Source: Psammoneis japonica (taxonomy: Eukaryota). From it: a stretch of 64,000 bases of DNA. This document shows positions 38,501-50,047 of the stretch, one piece after another (the first letter of the stretch is position 1; the number at the start of each line of letters is the position of its first letter). The DNA is taken from the NCBI GenBank assembly GCA_008632985.1, contig QPGO01000052.1:1-64000 (forward strand), read 5' to 3'. The notes beneath the pieces are model-generated. The model searched no databases. It saw nothing but the letters and a program-made list of their open reading frames with translations, and was not told the origin of the DNA. Made by a program: the position numbers and the translations under genes.

Positions 38501-38719
38501 CTCGGGACGGTCGCGAGCCCTTGGCAACGCCAGGTCTCCGGAGGACAGTCTTCCAGCTTCCTGCTCTCCGGATCGATGTTTTTGGTGGCCACTACCCAGG
38601 ATTCTCATCGGGGGGATTGGAGCTCGACCCGTCTTATTCGGCCTCGGGAGTCAACAAGACGAGGTCTAGGACTGCAACGCAGCACAACACCTTCGACGGC
38701 TCCAGTTTTCGTACGGGAG

Positions 38720-39732
38720 AACTTGGTCTGGCGTGTCTTCATTCGAGGTGCTCACTTTACCCCCCAGTCACTGCCCAACGTCGCGAAATGCCGAAGGGTG
38801 TGATGCCAGGGGTTGGCTCTCGGAAACGCCCGAGGCACCAGTGCTCCGTTGAATTTCCGGAAGAGCCCCTGCACTGGTCCAACCCTGCAGAGGGTTTGGG
38901 TTTCTCCCACCCCCCCTTGTGCGGAGCAGAGCTTACACCGAAAGCCCTGCTCTGTGAGTCTCCTGAGCATCTTAAGGTTTTGTCACTTCTCAGTGGTTCT
39001 TGACTAGGATCAATTGAGATCTAGTCCGAAGCGGTCGTTTTTTGCTGAGTCAACACTCGGATCCTCCTCGTGCCCAAGTTTAGATGGAGACGGACTGACT
39101 CAAACCAACCTCGCTCGATGACTGTGACCTCTCGCTGGATCCGCGACGGAAGCAGGGCACTTCCGACTCAAGATGACTCGGTCTAGTCTTCTGACTGTGA
39201 CCGGTCAAACTTCGGTTTTCTTTTCTCTCACTTTTCCAGCTTTGTTGGAACAGGAACCCTGATCATCGTGACTGGATCACTCAAGCTCGGAAAAGCATTC
39301 TTCTTTTTACCCACCCACCACACCCTGGGATCCAGTTTTCGGCGGATCAAAGACAGGAGAAAAAACAAATTCGAGCTCGTTCGTGGGAAAACTTGGTCTG
39401 GCGTGTCTTCGTTCGAGGTGCTCACTTTACCCCCTAGTCACTGCCCAACGTCGCGAAATGCCGAAGGGTGTGCTGCTGGGGGTTGGCTCTCGGAAACGCC
39501 CAAGGCACCAGTGCTCCGTTGAATTTCCGGAAGAGCCCCTGTGCTGGTACAGGACCCTGCGGAGGGTTTGGGTTTCTCCCACCCCCCTTGTACGGAGTAG
39601 AGCTTGTGCCGAAAGCCCTGCTCTATGAGTCTCCTAAGTATCTTAAGGTTTTGTTACTTCTTAGTGGTTCTTGACTAGGATCAATTGAGATCTAGTCCGA
39701 AGCGGTCGTTTGCTGAGTCAATACTCGGATCC
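38720..39732 (+). repeat. 3' repeat block B1-A2-B2
   Basis: aacttggtctggcgtgtcttc...ctcggatcc occurs twice and flanks a second copy of A. Confidence 0.95.
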
Positions 39733-39995
39733 ACACGTACTGTACACTGTAGGCCCATACATAGAGAGTAGAAGTAGGAACTACCAGCGCAGGCTCGGAG
39801 TATGAATACAGTGTGGTAGCCCTACCGTACGTCGAGCGCGCTACCGGTATGTAGGCCCTAGCCCTAATCAAGTTTCGTTTTGTTTAGCTCTCTCTACTCT
39901 CTACTCTAGAGCTAGAGTAGAGAGTAGACTAGCTACTAGCAGTACCTAGAGTTAGCTACCTGGTACGGTACAGTACGGCAGCGCTGTAGTTTAGT
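39733..39995. promoter_or_regulatory. TpA-rich island
   Basis: gtaggccctagccctaa, ctctactctctactctagagctagagtagagagtagactagctactag, ggtacggtacagtacgg. Confidence 0.5.
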
Positions 39996-40279
39996 TCCTT
40001 ACTTGAGCGAGAAAGATAAACAAGAAGATTTAGGTAAGGTAGTTAGTCGCACTGGCTTTTGGCTCGGCACCAGGTGCTGCTTGCAGCAATGATGCCATTG
40101 CGTAATGGTGGCAAACATTTTAGACTGGTTCACTCCGGAGATGGCGTCCGGAGTGGAAACGGAGAGTGGAAGTTTCAGAGCCGGCACCAGGATTTTGTGC
40201 TTAGTCCAAGGCCTCCCTGAAAACATTAACTAGATTGCTGGCGTCACTGGTTTCATTCATTTACAGCAAAAACGACATA

Positions 40280-43200
40280 TTAATGCGGAATCCCGCCAGG
40301 CGGCGGCCACTCCCACACACTCTTATTCGTTTTAGTGTCAAAGAAATACCAACGTTTCTGACTCTTTGACCACACACAAATCCAGCCCTGAGGCAAGTCC
40401 ACTTGGGGCTTTTTCTCTTGCATCTGCATGTCCGGAGGTGAAGTGAGGGATTCGGTTTTCTTGGGCTTCGGAGGAGGCGGAGGAAAGCTGGGCTTCTGAC
40501 GCTTGGCTGCGGATTGCTCTAGCAAAGGCGGTGCTTGTTTCGCTGTCGGGGGTGGCGGCGGTGGCGGTGGTCTTCCTGAAGGAGGAGGTGGCTTTCGATG
40601 CTGAGGAGGTGGCGGTGGAACCGGCCGCGCCGTCACCTTCTTATCGCATGGTCCAGATTGCCTCCTCTGCACTGCACCTTCGTGAGTCTCGGTAGCTGCC
40701 CTTTGCCGTTTCGATTCAGGATTGCGCTCGGGTGTGGACTCCCTCTCGCGTTTCCTTGATGAGCCCTCATCGGAGTGTACATGCGAGCTACGCTTTCTGG
40801 TGGGCGGCAGTGCGTCCGCAAAGATAGCTTCCCCTTCCCCCTCCGCCGACGAGAACGTGTCATGAGGAGGCGAACCGGGTGATCTACGAGGATCTGCCTC
40901 CTCTTTCTCATGCTGTAGTGGTGGCCTTTGATTTGAGAAGATATCGGGAACAAGTGAATCGCCCCTCTTATCTTTGTAGGGATTACCAAAATTGACCATT
41001 AGCCGTGATCGTACTCTAGTTTGTACTGAATCCGAGAATTCTCCAGTCTTCAAATCGAAAAATGAGAGAGGCATAGCATCATCATCAACAGACCAAATCG
41101 GGGAGCCATCCGGCGCCGTCGTCGCCGCTGAGCCAGATGAATCGTTAGAGCCGTAGCCCACCACCGGAGCCCTGGACCAAAGCAGTCGCTCTCTAAAGTC
41201 GCCCATGCGCGTGGTTCTTGTCTGGTTCAGAGTTGACACACCCACCCCAGCGACAGAAAGCAGAGATTCATCCTTTGCACAGTGATTCGCCTTACAATAA
41301 TGCGCGTTGCTCCATCGTTGTTGACGCCCTCCACATGAAGGCCTCTAGTCGCCAACCCCGATCCCCCGAATATCCATCGCCTTCTAGACTCGTAGTAAGG
41401 TATAAGACAAGAGGCTGGAAGGGCGCCGAGTCTGTAAAACCCATGAAGATGTAGTGAGCAATACATGAAAATATTGCCATTATCTGCAACAGTGAAGAAT
41501 TCGACTTACACATCGACCGTCGTGTTCATTTCCCTGCCTTCCACAACACAGGTCGTTGAAGCTACATTGCTCGTAGCATCGCGCGCAGAGCTTTCATTCT
41601 TCGGCCTGTTCTTTCCAACCCGTTGCCGCCCAGCATGCCAGGGTGCAGGCATGTTTCGAATAGCAGCAAGAAAACTACTGGTCGAAGCCCTGGGATCATA
41701 CCGACCGTAGCCGATCACCACATTTGCGGTGCTCTTGAGTTGGCCTCCTCCTACTAGGCGCAACTCCGCCTCCTGTCTTTCGAGCCTCTCGTTCATTTCC
41801 TTCGCTGCTTGTTCTCCTCCCCGAATTTTCTGCAACATACCTTGGAGAAGCACTGCGACGCAAGAGCTTCAATTCCGTCGGTACTCAACAACGAATGTAC
41901 ACTTGTTGGTAGGATGGAGCGGAGACAACGCCTCAGTGAGATCTGGTAGTAAGGCGGAACCCGAAAAAGGTAAGCTCTAAACTCAGACCTCCAATGTTCG
42001 TCAAGCTGTACAAGTCTCGGGCCCGTGTTGGTCCCGGTTTGCTTGTGAATAAGCCCGGCGGTCGCCCCACTCCTGTTTGCTGAAGCACTTGAACACTCTT
42101 TCTCACCTGACTTCTTGATGGCGCGATGTTCTGCTTCCGCGGCTTTCACCAACAGAGGAAGCAAAATATGAGGTTCCGGAGGGAGCAACGTAAGAGTTGA
42201 TAATCGTGTCGAACCCTGCTTTGAGGATTCAACATTTTGGAGCGTCGCTGAGTTACGCGGGATGTGCAGGATGCCAATTCCAAGGAAGCTTTCTTCACCT
42301 TCTGACAGAGACGACCTACCGGCTCCTCGAACACAGACTGGAAGATACTCTCGCTGAGCTTTGATTGGCACTCCTCCTTTTCCATCTTGAGCAAGCCACT
42401 CACAAATATACGTGTCGCGCAGGAGTGCCGTTGCTTGGTTTTGATGGCCCGAAGCGATTGTAGAAGGCGATGCATGCCGGTTGGAAACAAGAAGCTGATC
42501 TAGTCGATTTATCGCCTTTATTACAAGCAAAGGGTCGAACATGCTTGACCCTACAACTTGATAGTGATGTGTATACGCAAGAGACGGCTGCGCCAGACGT
42601 GGTGGCAAAGTGTCGAGTTTCTTGCTCGGGAAAAAAGATTCGGGAATGCAGAAGATTGGTGGGTGGAACGTCTTAGGTTGCGGTCCCAAGGTCGTCTGTA
42701 CTTGGTTATACGGTACATAAAGAAGCATTGCTCGGTGAACTGACGCATGTTCCGCCGAATCAATCGACCGGAAGCAACAGATTGGACCTCCATTAACGAA
42801 TGAGGCACATATACCCGGTGCCTGCCTCAAGGGGGCGGTAGTTTGAGACTGTGTCACAGGACGTTGGTCCAGTGGGTCCAGTATCGGGAGAACCGAAGGA
42901 CGCGGAGGAGCCATAAGCTTGATCAAGAGCTTCGTCGTTTGAGAAAGCGACGTGGCGGATTTGAGGAGAGTGTGGCGCCCCCCTGTGACCTCGCACAGCG
43001 CTTTCAGTGATGAATGCAGATACTGAGTCGACGATACACCTTCTTTTGCACCAACGCATAAACAGAATATTCTTTGGTCCCATCGAAATGGCTCTTTGTA
43101 AAACTCTCGAAGATGCGAAGTCCCAACCTGTAATTGAAGAGAGCCTCCTCCATCAGAGGGTGGCAGTCGCAGACACTCCCCGTCAGTGACCAAGACAAGG

Positions 43201-43883
43201 CATGCCGGCTGGAGAGCATGAACCGCAGCACTCCCACCTCCGGATGTGCGCATTGCCGGTGATGGCAGCCTTCCCATTCCAAAGTTCTCCGTCGACCGAT
43301 ACTGCAAACGGTATCGAGAAAGTAAGTGGAGTCCAGCAGAGAGGGCCTTGTTTAATCCAACGGCTCCACCTCCACCTTCCGGAAAAGGCACACGCTGAGG
43401 CTGAGCTCCTGCTGTAGCGTTACCCGGTGGTTGCCAAACAGCCGCTTGAAGTTGTTTTAGCTCACGGTCAAAGCCCCCCTGGTTACTGGCCTGCATTGTT
43501 GCAGAAGCTTGTTCTCCTGGGTGATCGCTTGTTGACGAGGGATCCATCGAGTCTCCATATCCCACCAATAAACGACCTCCAGCACCACAGGCAGCAGTAA
43601 CAGGATGCTCGGAATGCTGCCGACTGGTGGAAAGAAGGAGAAACTGGTCTTGGGAACAGAAACCAAGCCCCAGGTTATGAAGTGAGTTTTGCATTTGCGT
43701 CGTCTCCTGCTGCAACAGTAGGTTATGTTCCATAACCCGTTTATTGAGACCTTTCGCAAGGCTCTCGACTGCCATTTTCGCTAAGTCTAATCGAGACATA
43801 CCCTTGGAGACTGCCGACGAGGCCTCTTGGGACACGGGCTTGCTCATGGATGGCGACGTATCGACCACAAACACCACAATCAT
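40280..43883 (-). CDS. INTS6: Integrator subunit 6-like VWA protein with Pro-rich region and C-terminal WW domain; one intron (~41432-41509), two apparent 1-nt deletions (~41835, ~41312)
   Basis: VFVVDTSPSM, RLDLAKMAVE, ENFGMGR and EPFRWDQRIF motifs. ORFs 41793-43883, 41506-41853, 41227-41466 and 40280-41245 chain into one protein ending LPQGW...KRWYFFDTKTNKSVWEWP. Confidence 0.78.
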
Positions 43884-44179
43884 TTTGAGGGCACAACTGC
43901 TGGCAAAACGATGAAGTCCAAATCCGGTGGGTTTCAGGTTAACAGTGACCCCAGCTATTGTAGTCAGGTTTGAACCCTGTCGATCATATCGTCAATTTTC
44001 TGCGAACGGTGGTGCCCCGGGGCGGCCAGTTCATTGCATCAAGCTAACAAAGTGCTCAGTCAGTTATGTCGAATGTCGCCCATGGCGTGCCTGCCGGCGC
44101 GCGGCGCAATCTTGAAGAATCTGTCCTCGAGAGCTACCGGGTGCTGTACCGTTAGCGAGGAGGAGTGTCGTTGAAGGCA

Positions 44180-45876
44180 TTTCAAAGACTCATTGCCCTT
44201 TCGAAGACGCGGCGGCGGGTGCCACCGGTGTTGTTGAAACACAGGCTGCTTGAGCCTGTGGTTGACAGGGCTGACCTTCACTGCGGAAAAATGTTGGCTC
44301 TGCTTTTGGTCATTCTTGTGAAGAGCCAAGAGAAGCCCAGCGCCAGTGTGTTTCTTCACTCTGCAGCAGCAGGAGGCAAGCACAGAGAGGGACAAACAAG
44401 AGCGACAGCTGTGCCAAAGCGCGCAAGTGGCTCGAAACAAGAAGAAAGCCTCACCTCAGGGAGCCCCCCACCAGTTTTCCTGATGCCCTGCCAGCCAGCC
44501 AGCTGGCCAAGGGCAGCCAGGACAAAGAGCACCTCTCTCACACATGAGCGCTGCTGGCGGTGGGCCGGCCTCAAGTGGGGGGCGTGTGGCGCTGCCACTG
44601 CACGACCACCCCCTCTGTGCTGCCACAGCGGCTGGTGCGGTGCGCTGCCTGCCCTTCTGCCACCTGCCACTGGCCAAAACATGCAGCAATTTTTCAAGGC
44701 CAAAGCCAAGGATCTGCGTTAGAGAACATGAAACAAGGCCGCAATGTGGGGTTTTGCTGGCTTGCCCAAGTTTCAAGTTCAAGGTCAGCTTGGGCACAGA
44801 GCTCACAAGAAGAGCTGGCACTGGCACCAAGCGTGCAGCGCACCCACCACATGGGAGCACGGCACACTCCACCAGCAGCTCTTGACTTTCCCTGCACAGC
44901 CCTTGCGCAAACATGAGCCACCCAAAGAGCAAGATTGCATTGCCAAGCAAAAGATCACTCCGCCAGGCTCCACAGGTGCCTCCACACTTTTCAAAACTGT
45001 CAGAAGCTTTCCAACACATGCTGCGCTAGATTCCCAAACAGCGCGCCGGACAATCTCAAAACATGCATGAAACCCAGGGCACACATTTTTTCTGCACGCA
45101 AGAGCTTTCCCCAATGTGAACAGTTGCTGCAATGCTTCTGGTCATGGAACAGGGCAGAGTTGCTGCGCACACTGCCGCCCACCTCCAGTGCAGCGGCGGG
45201 TGCCCCAAGTTTTCATCATCTGGCTGCCCCAGTGAACCCAGCAAGACCCCAGTCCTGTGACGTGCTGGCTCCAGCTTCCAAAAGATGCTGCTGCAGATGT
45301 GGTGCTTGCCACTTTCAGAAATCTGCAAGGAAGTCCAAGGCCCAAAACTTTCAACCAACCTTGAGATGGCTGGCAGCAGCAGCACACGTGCGCACACACT
45401 CTGCTGCAGACAATTTTGATGTGCAGGAAAACCAAGCTCACTTTGACCGTGTTCACAGTTTGGGAACAATGTGCTGGCAACCCAAAAGCTTGCCAGTGAG
45501 ATGACACCTCTTGCACACAAAACTCACTCAACGCTGCCTTTTTTGTCTTGCTTGGACAACTTTCATGTGGAGACCACCAAGCTTTGGCATTTGCAGGGCC
45601 CTGCCACCTGGGCTGCCCTCTTGCACAGCCAAATTGCTGTGCACTGTGCACCATCATCTGACGTGGCATGGCTGGCTGCCCTTGGTGACAAGCCTTCGCT
45701 GCTCACACCCAGGAAAATGGTGCGGCCATCTGCAGCGAGGTCAACAGCTCAGAAGGCTTGTCAGCCACATGCCCTTGGACCCATGCGACCCTGTGCAAAA
45801 GAGCCGCTGGCTGCTGTGTGTTGCGCCTTTTGCGATGGCATGGTGTCCTCTGTGATGCAGCAATGATGGGGAGTTG

Positions 45877-45909
<33 letters not shown>

Positions 45910-46800
45910 NNNNNNNNNNNNNNNNNNNNNNNNNNNNNNNNNNNNNNNNNNNNNNNNNNNNNNNNNNNNNNNNNNNNNNNNNNNNNNNNNNNNNNNNNNN
46001 NNNNNNNNNNNNNNNNNNNNNNNNNNNNNNNNNNNNNNNNNNNNNNNNNNNNNNNNNNNNNNNNNNNNNNNNNNNNNNNNNNNNNNNNNNNNNNNNNNNN
46101 NNNNNNNNNNNNNNNNNNNNNNNNNNNNNNNNNNNNNNNNNNNNNNNNNNNNNNNNNNNNNNNNNNNNNNNNNNNNNNNNNNNNNNNNNNNNNNNNNNNN
46201 NNNNNNNNNNNNNNNNNNNNNNNNNNNNNNNNNNNNNNNNNNNNNNNNNNNNNNNNNNNNNNNNNNNNNNNNNNNNNNNNNNNNNNNNNNNNNNNNNNNN
46301 NNNNNNNNNNNNNNNNNNNNNNNNNNNNNNNNNNNNNNNNNNNNNNNNNNNNNNNNNNNNNNNNNNNNNNNNNNNNNNNNNNNGTGGTGTGTGTGTTCTT
46401 GCCCTCTCTGGAGCAGAAAATGGAGCACCCCCTTTTAAAAAGAGACCCACATCAAGTTTTGCTTGGTGGTCTTGGGCACAAACTTTGCATGGTTGGAGCT
46501 CCCATCAAAGGTCCTGTGAGCATCATTTTTTGTGAGAGGGCAAGGACCTTTTTTTGTTGGGAACACTTCAAGGGGACCAAACAAATGGAGCTTTGCAAAA
46601 CAACCTGCACTCTTGCACTCGCAGTGGTTGTTCTCTCAGTGCAAAAAGGAGTCTCAGAGGGGCTGCACCTGGCCTCTGAGGGAGCTGATGAGGGGCTCAC
46701 ATTTTGAGCTTGTTGCCTCACTTGCTTGCCAGCTGCACTGCAGCATGCCTTAGAGTGTGCCACTGTGATTGTAAAAGCAGTGCTAGGTTGTGAGCAGCTG
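44180..46800. mobile_element. Decayed TpA-depleted repeat block containing an N gap
   Basis: TA nearly absent; Cys/His-rich spurious ORFs; unclassified. Confidence 0.5.
45879..45909 (+). repeat. (TG)n microsatellite at gap edge
   Basis: About 15 TG units run into the N gap; gtgtgtgt resumes after it. Confidence 0.9.
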
Positions 46801-47493
46801 AGCTGCTTTCACATGCACAGAGGCAACACATTTTGTACGACGGAGCACGCGGCATGTGCGCGTGAAGATGGCGGCTTACTCCACACTTTCCACTCTAGAG
46901 CGGCTAGAGTCATTGACTTCAATGACAGCTGCAGTGGTGCGTCACTCTGCTTTTGAAAGGCATGCTGTAAGTCAAGAGATTCCAGCTTCAGCCAAACATT
47001 TCAAATGGCACGCTTCGACTACCTTTGCTTCTCATTAGTAAAAGTTCGAATCAAAACCTTCATCATCATGCATTTGGCTAGAAACTATCGCTAGATACTT
47101 GAGCTGTTGCACAAATGAGTGCCAGTGTGCTTAGCTCCCCATCTTCTGAAACCAAAAGTCATGACAAATCCAACTCGTTGTTTTGATCCTCGTCAATCGC
47201 CACCTTTTTCCACAGCGGTTCATTCCGTCCATGTAGTCCTCGCTTCATCCATTGAATGCTGAACAATTTGAGAAAATTGCCATCAATCTCAAAGTAATAT
47301 CATCGTCCAATAGACTACACGCGCCACCAATTCCGCTTCTTTCTGCGCGCTTGCTCAGTTGGTAGGTCTACCATGAGATGGATCCTGAATGACCCAAAAA
47401 ATCTTTGAAGAATAATTGTCTTGCTTCGGCTTCAGAAGACCGGCACTCGCATCGACGCTTTTCCATATCCAAGACATATGTTTCTCTTCTATC

Positions 47494-49007
47494 TCATTTG
47501 CTATTGCTGACAGCGCTTCGTCTCAATAAGTACTCCTTGAGTTCGACATTGTTCTCTGTCTCGTAGTCAAGAAATTGCCTTACTGCATCTCGAAGCCCAG
47601 GGTGACATATATAGTGCGAGGAATGAATCAATGCAGGATCAAAGCCTCTCGCCCACTTGTAATCTAACATGCATTTTGTCCATCAAAGCAGAAAGTAAAT
47701 ATGTGAAAGGGTAAGTACCCAGACGAATTCAAACGCGAATACTCTTCCTTACCTCCACCACCAGCACCAGGTTCCATACGCTTCAGCCCATTTTTGATAC
47801 AGTATTCAATTGCTGACCAATAGCAACACTCAAAATGCAAATTCTTGATCTCTCTCCCCGGAAGACAGCCCCAGTATCGACCGTAGAAAACTCCATCCTT
47901 GACAATGTTCAATGTTCCCGCAAAGACATCGTCTGCACGTAGCTTGTCTCCGGCAGATTTGTCCCGCGCACACAGAAAGCACAGGTTATGAATGAAGTCT
48001 CCCTTCACCAGGCACTGAAAGAAGTCGAGAGTCAGGTATTGTCGACCGTAAAACATCCGATTGACTGTAGACACATATATTTCAAACATGCGTTCCACCA
48101 ATCCATCGTGCTTTAGTATATCGCTTCCAGTCACGGCGTCGATTCGTACATTTTCGTCTTGTACAACCTTTTGTCGTTCTCGACGAATGTTGATTCGCCG
48201 TTTACTTTTGAAGCATTTCAGATAGTCCTCAAAGGACTTGTACGGCTTCCCGTCGTTGTTTGGATTGCTATTTGTCCAATGATATTGAAGCGACGTACGT
48301 CGCAAGTAGTCGTCCTTGTTCTTATTGAGTTTCGTCAGTACAGCCTTGAGATTACCTCCCAAAGAGCCTTTTTCCTCTTTCTCGTTCACTTCCTTAGCTT
48401 TAGGGAGTTCGCCTGAAAGGTGTGTTGCCTCATCGTGAGTCAGGAAGTTGAAATGAACACTGGAAATGTTATTTGATTCAACAAGTCGTCGCAAAAAGGA
48501 ACCAACCATGACAGTGAGATTAGCGATCTCCTCTTTTGAAAATGTCTCTCTGATTTCCGGATGGAACATTATCCGTGCTCCAGTGGCCGGTGTAAAGGGT
48601 ACGCCGACTAGTAGCTTTGGATAGTATTTGATGCCATTCTGATACGCGGCTTCGGCCCAAGCATCGTCGAAAATGAATTCTCCGTTGGAATGATTTTTGA
48701 CATAGAGAGGGATATATCCGCGTACCGCTCCATCGATCTTCAGTGACAAGTGCTGAGGGACCCAACCAGTCTGTGGCGACACGCATTTGGATTCTTCGAG
48801 ACAGCACAAAAACGCGTGTTCCAAGAACGGAGAGGAAGATCCATCAGGTGCAAGACAATTATTCCATTCCTTCGCAGGAATGTCGGAAATTGACGGGTTC
48901 AGTTCAAATTCCACTTTCCGTTTCTTAGTTGGCGGTGCGGTCGCCAACGCATCTGTGTATGTTGCAACCAAATACAGCAGCCATCCGCAAACAAGCAGCG
49001 GGCTCAT
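47494..49007 (-). CDS. FemAB-like GNAT protein (DUF482 type) with N-terminal signal peptide; intron 47664-47752
   Basis: HSNGEFIFDDAWAEA, YYPKLLVGVPFTPATG, YGRYWG, LHFECCYW; spliced MEPGAGGGDYKWARGF. Confidence 0.9.
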
Positions 49008-49433
49008 GGTGAAGAATGTGGAAATGGTCTGGAAAAGATCGATCGTTCGGGGGTGAATGACGTGGCAAAATTCCAAATGTTAGTTTTACGATTTCGACTA
49101 TGAATATAAACATAAAGTACTGCAATAAAAATGTTCGTCGCCTAGACTTTTTATGTATGTGTTTTAGTCGAATCATTCGCACGTCAGATGAATGAGGAGA
49201 AAAATGGCGCGCCGGATTTTTTCGTCGGCACGTCTTCCGTCTCACACGAAACAATGCACGAAGCACATTCGGCAACATGCAACATCATCTTTCACAACAC
49301 AAAACGAATGTACCGAGTTTATTGTGCTTTCTACAACAGCGCATTTCCTGTTCGAATAATCAAGGTTCCTCCCCGTATCGACACGATTGTCTCTACTTCA
49401 TTTCTCTCCCGTTCTCTACTCTCCCTCCTCAGC

Positions 49434-49979
49434 ATGTCGTCATCGATGCAAAATCAAGAAACCAATGTCCTGAAGGTGAAGCTCCTGTCGGACAACGCCA
49501 CCATGCCCAAAAAAGGATCGCCGCTGTCTGCCGGTTTCGATCTTTCCAGTGCTCAAGACATTATCGTCAAGGCCAACGGTGGAAGGGCTGTCGTCAAGAC
49601 GGGTCTCTCTGTTGCGTGTCCTCCAGGAACTTATGCTCGCATTGCTCCACGTAGCGGTCTCGCAGTCAAGAAGGGCATTGACTGTGGAGCCGGAGTCGTT
49701 GATGCCGACTACCGCGGCGAGGTCGGGGTCGTCCTCTTCAACTTTGGAACTGAAGACTTTGAAGTCAAAGTAGGTGATCGCATTGCGCAAATGATTCTGG
49801 AGGAGGTGTCCATGGTGCCTGCCGTTCAGGTCGACGATCTCGATGACACCCAACGTGGGGCTGGAGGATTCGGAAGCACCGGAGTGGCTACTGGCGACGA
49901 GACGCTCACCAAGAAACCAAGGACTGTGTCGCCCATGGAGGATCCTACTGTCCCCACAGTCAATCCTTCCGAAGGTTAG
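49434..49979 (+). CDS. DUT: dUTP diphosphatase
   Basis: All five motifs: [40 protein letters not shown]. Confidence 0.96.
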   Translation: MSSSMQNQETNVLKVKLLSDNATMPKKGSPLSAGFDLSSAQDIIVKANGGRAVVKTGLSVACPPGTYARIAPRSGLAVKKGIDCGAGVVDADYRGEVGVVLFNFGTEDFEVKVGDRIAQMILEEVSMVPAVQVDDLDDTQRGAGGFGSTGVATGDETLTKKPRTVSPMEDPTVPTVNPSEG

Positions 49980-50047
49980 CGTCGTGTATCAACGGTACGA
50001 AAGCAATACTTGTACTTGAGAGTAAAACAGTTTAGTAGTCCAAACAA

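Larger units (their letters stand above)
30609..39732 (+). mobile_element. Tyrosine-recombinase retrotransposon (DIRS order, PAT/Ngaro-type split direct repeats A1-B1-A2-B2)
   Basis: gag-like, RT-RNase H and YR ORFs. A1 ~30609-30854+ matches A2 ~39063-39388; B1 ~38720-39064 matches B2 ~39389-39732. No target-site duplication seen. Confidence 0.93.

Noticed and set aside
30609..39732. Classical RIP (CpA->TpA) as the cause of repeat-copy differences
   Set aside because: Repeats are TpA-poor rather than TpA-rich, the ORFs lack new stops, and conserved Tyr residues are lost, so the direction is away from TA.
30609..39732. Ordinary LTR (Copia/Gypsy) retrotransposon
   Set aside because: No DDE integrase, TG..CA termini or TSD; it has a YR and split direct repeats.
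49434..49979. dUTPase as a viral/TE gene or as part of the mutator system
   Set aside because: It sits among housekeeping genes with normal composition; nothing links it to the TpA process.
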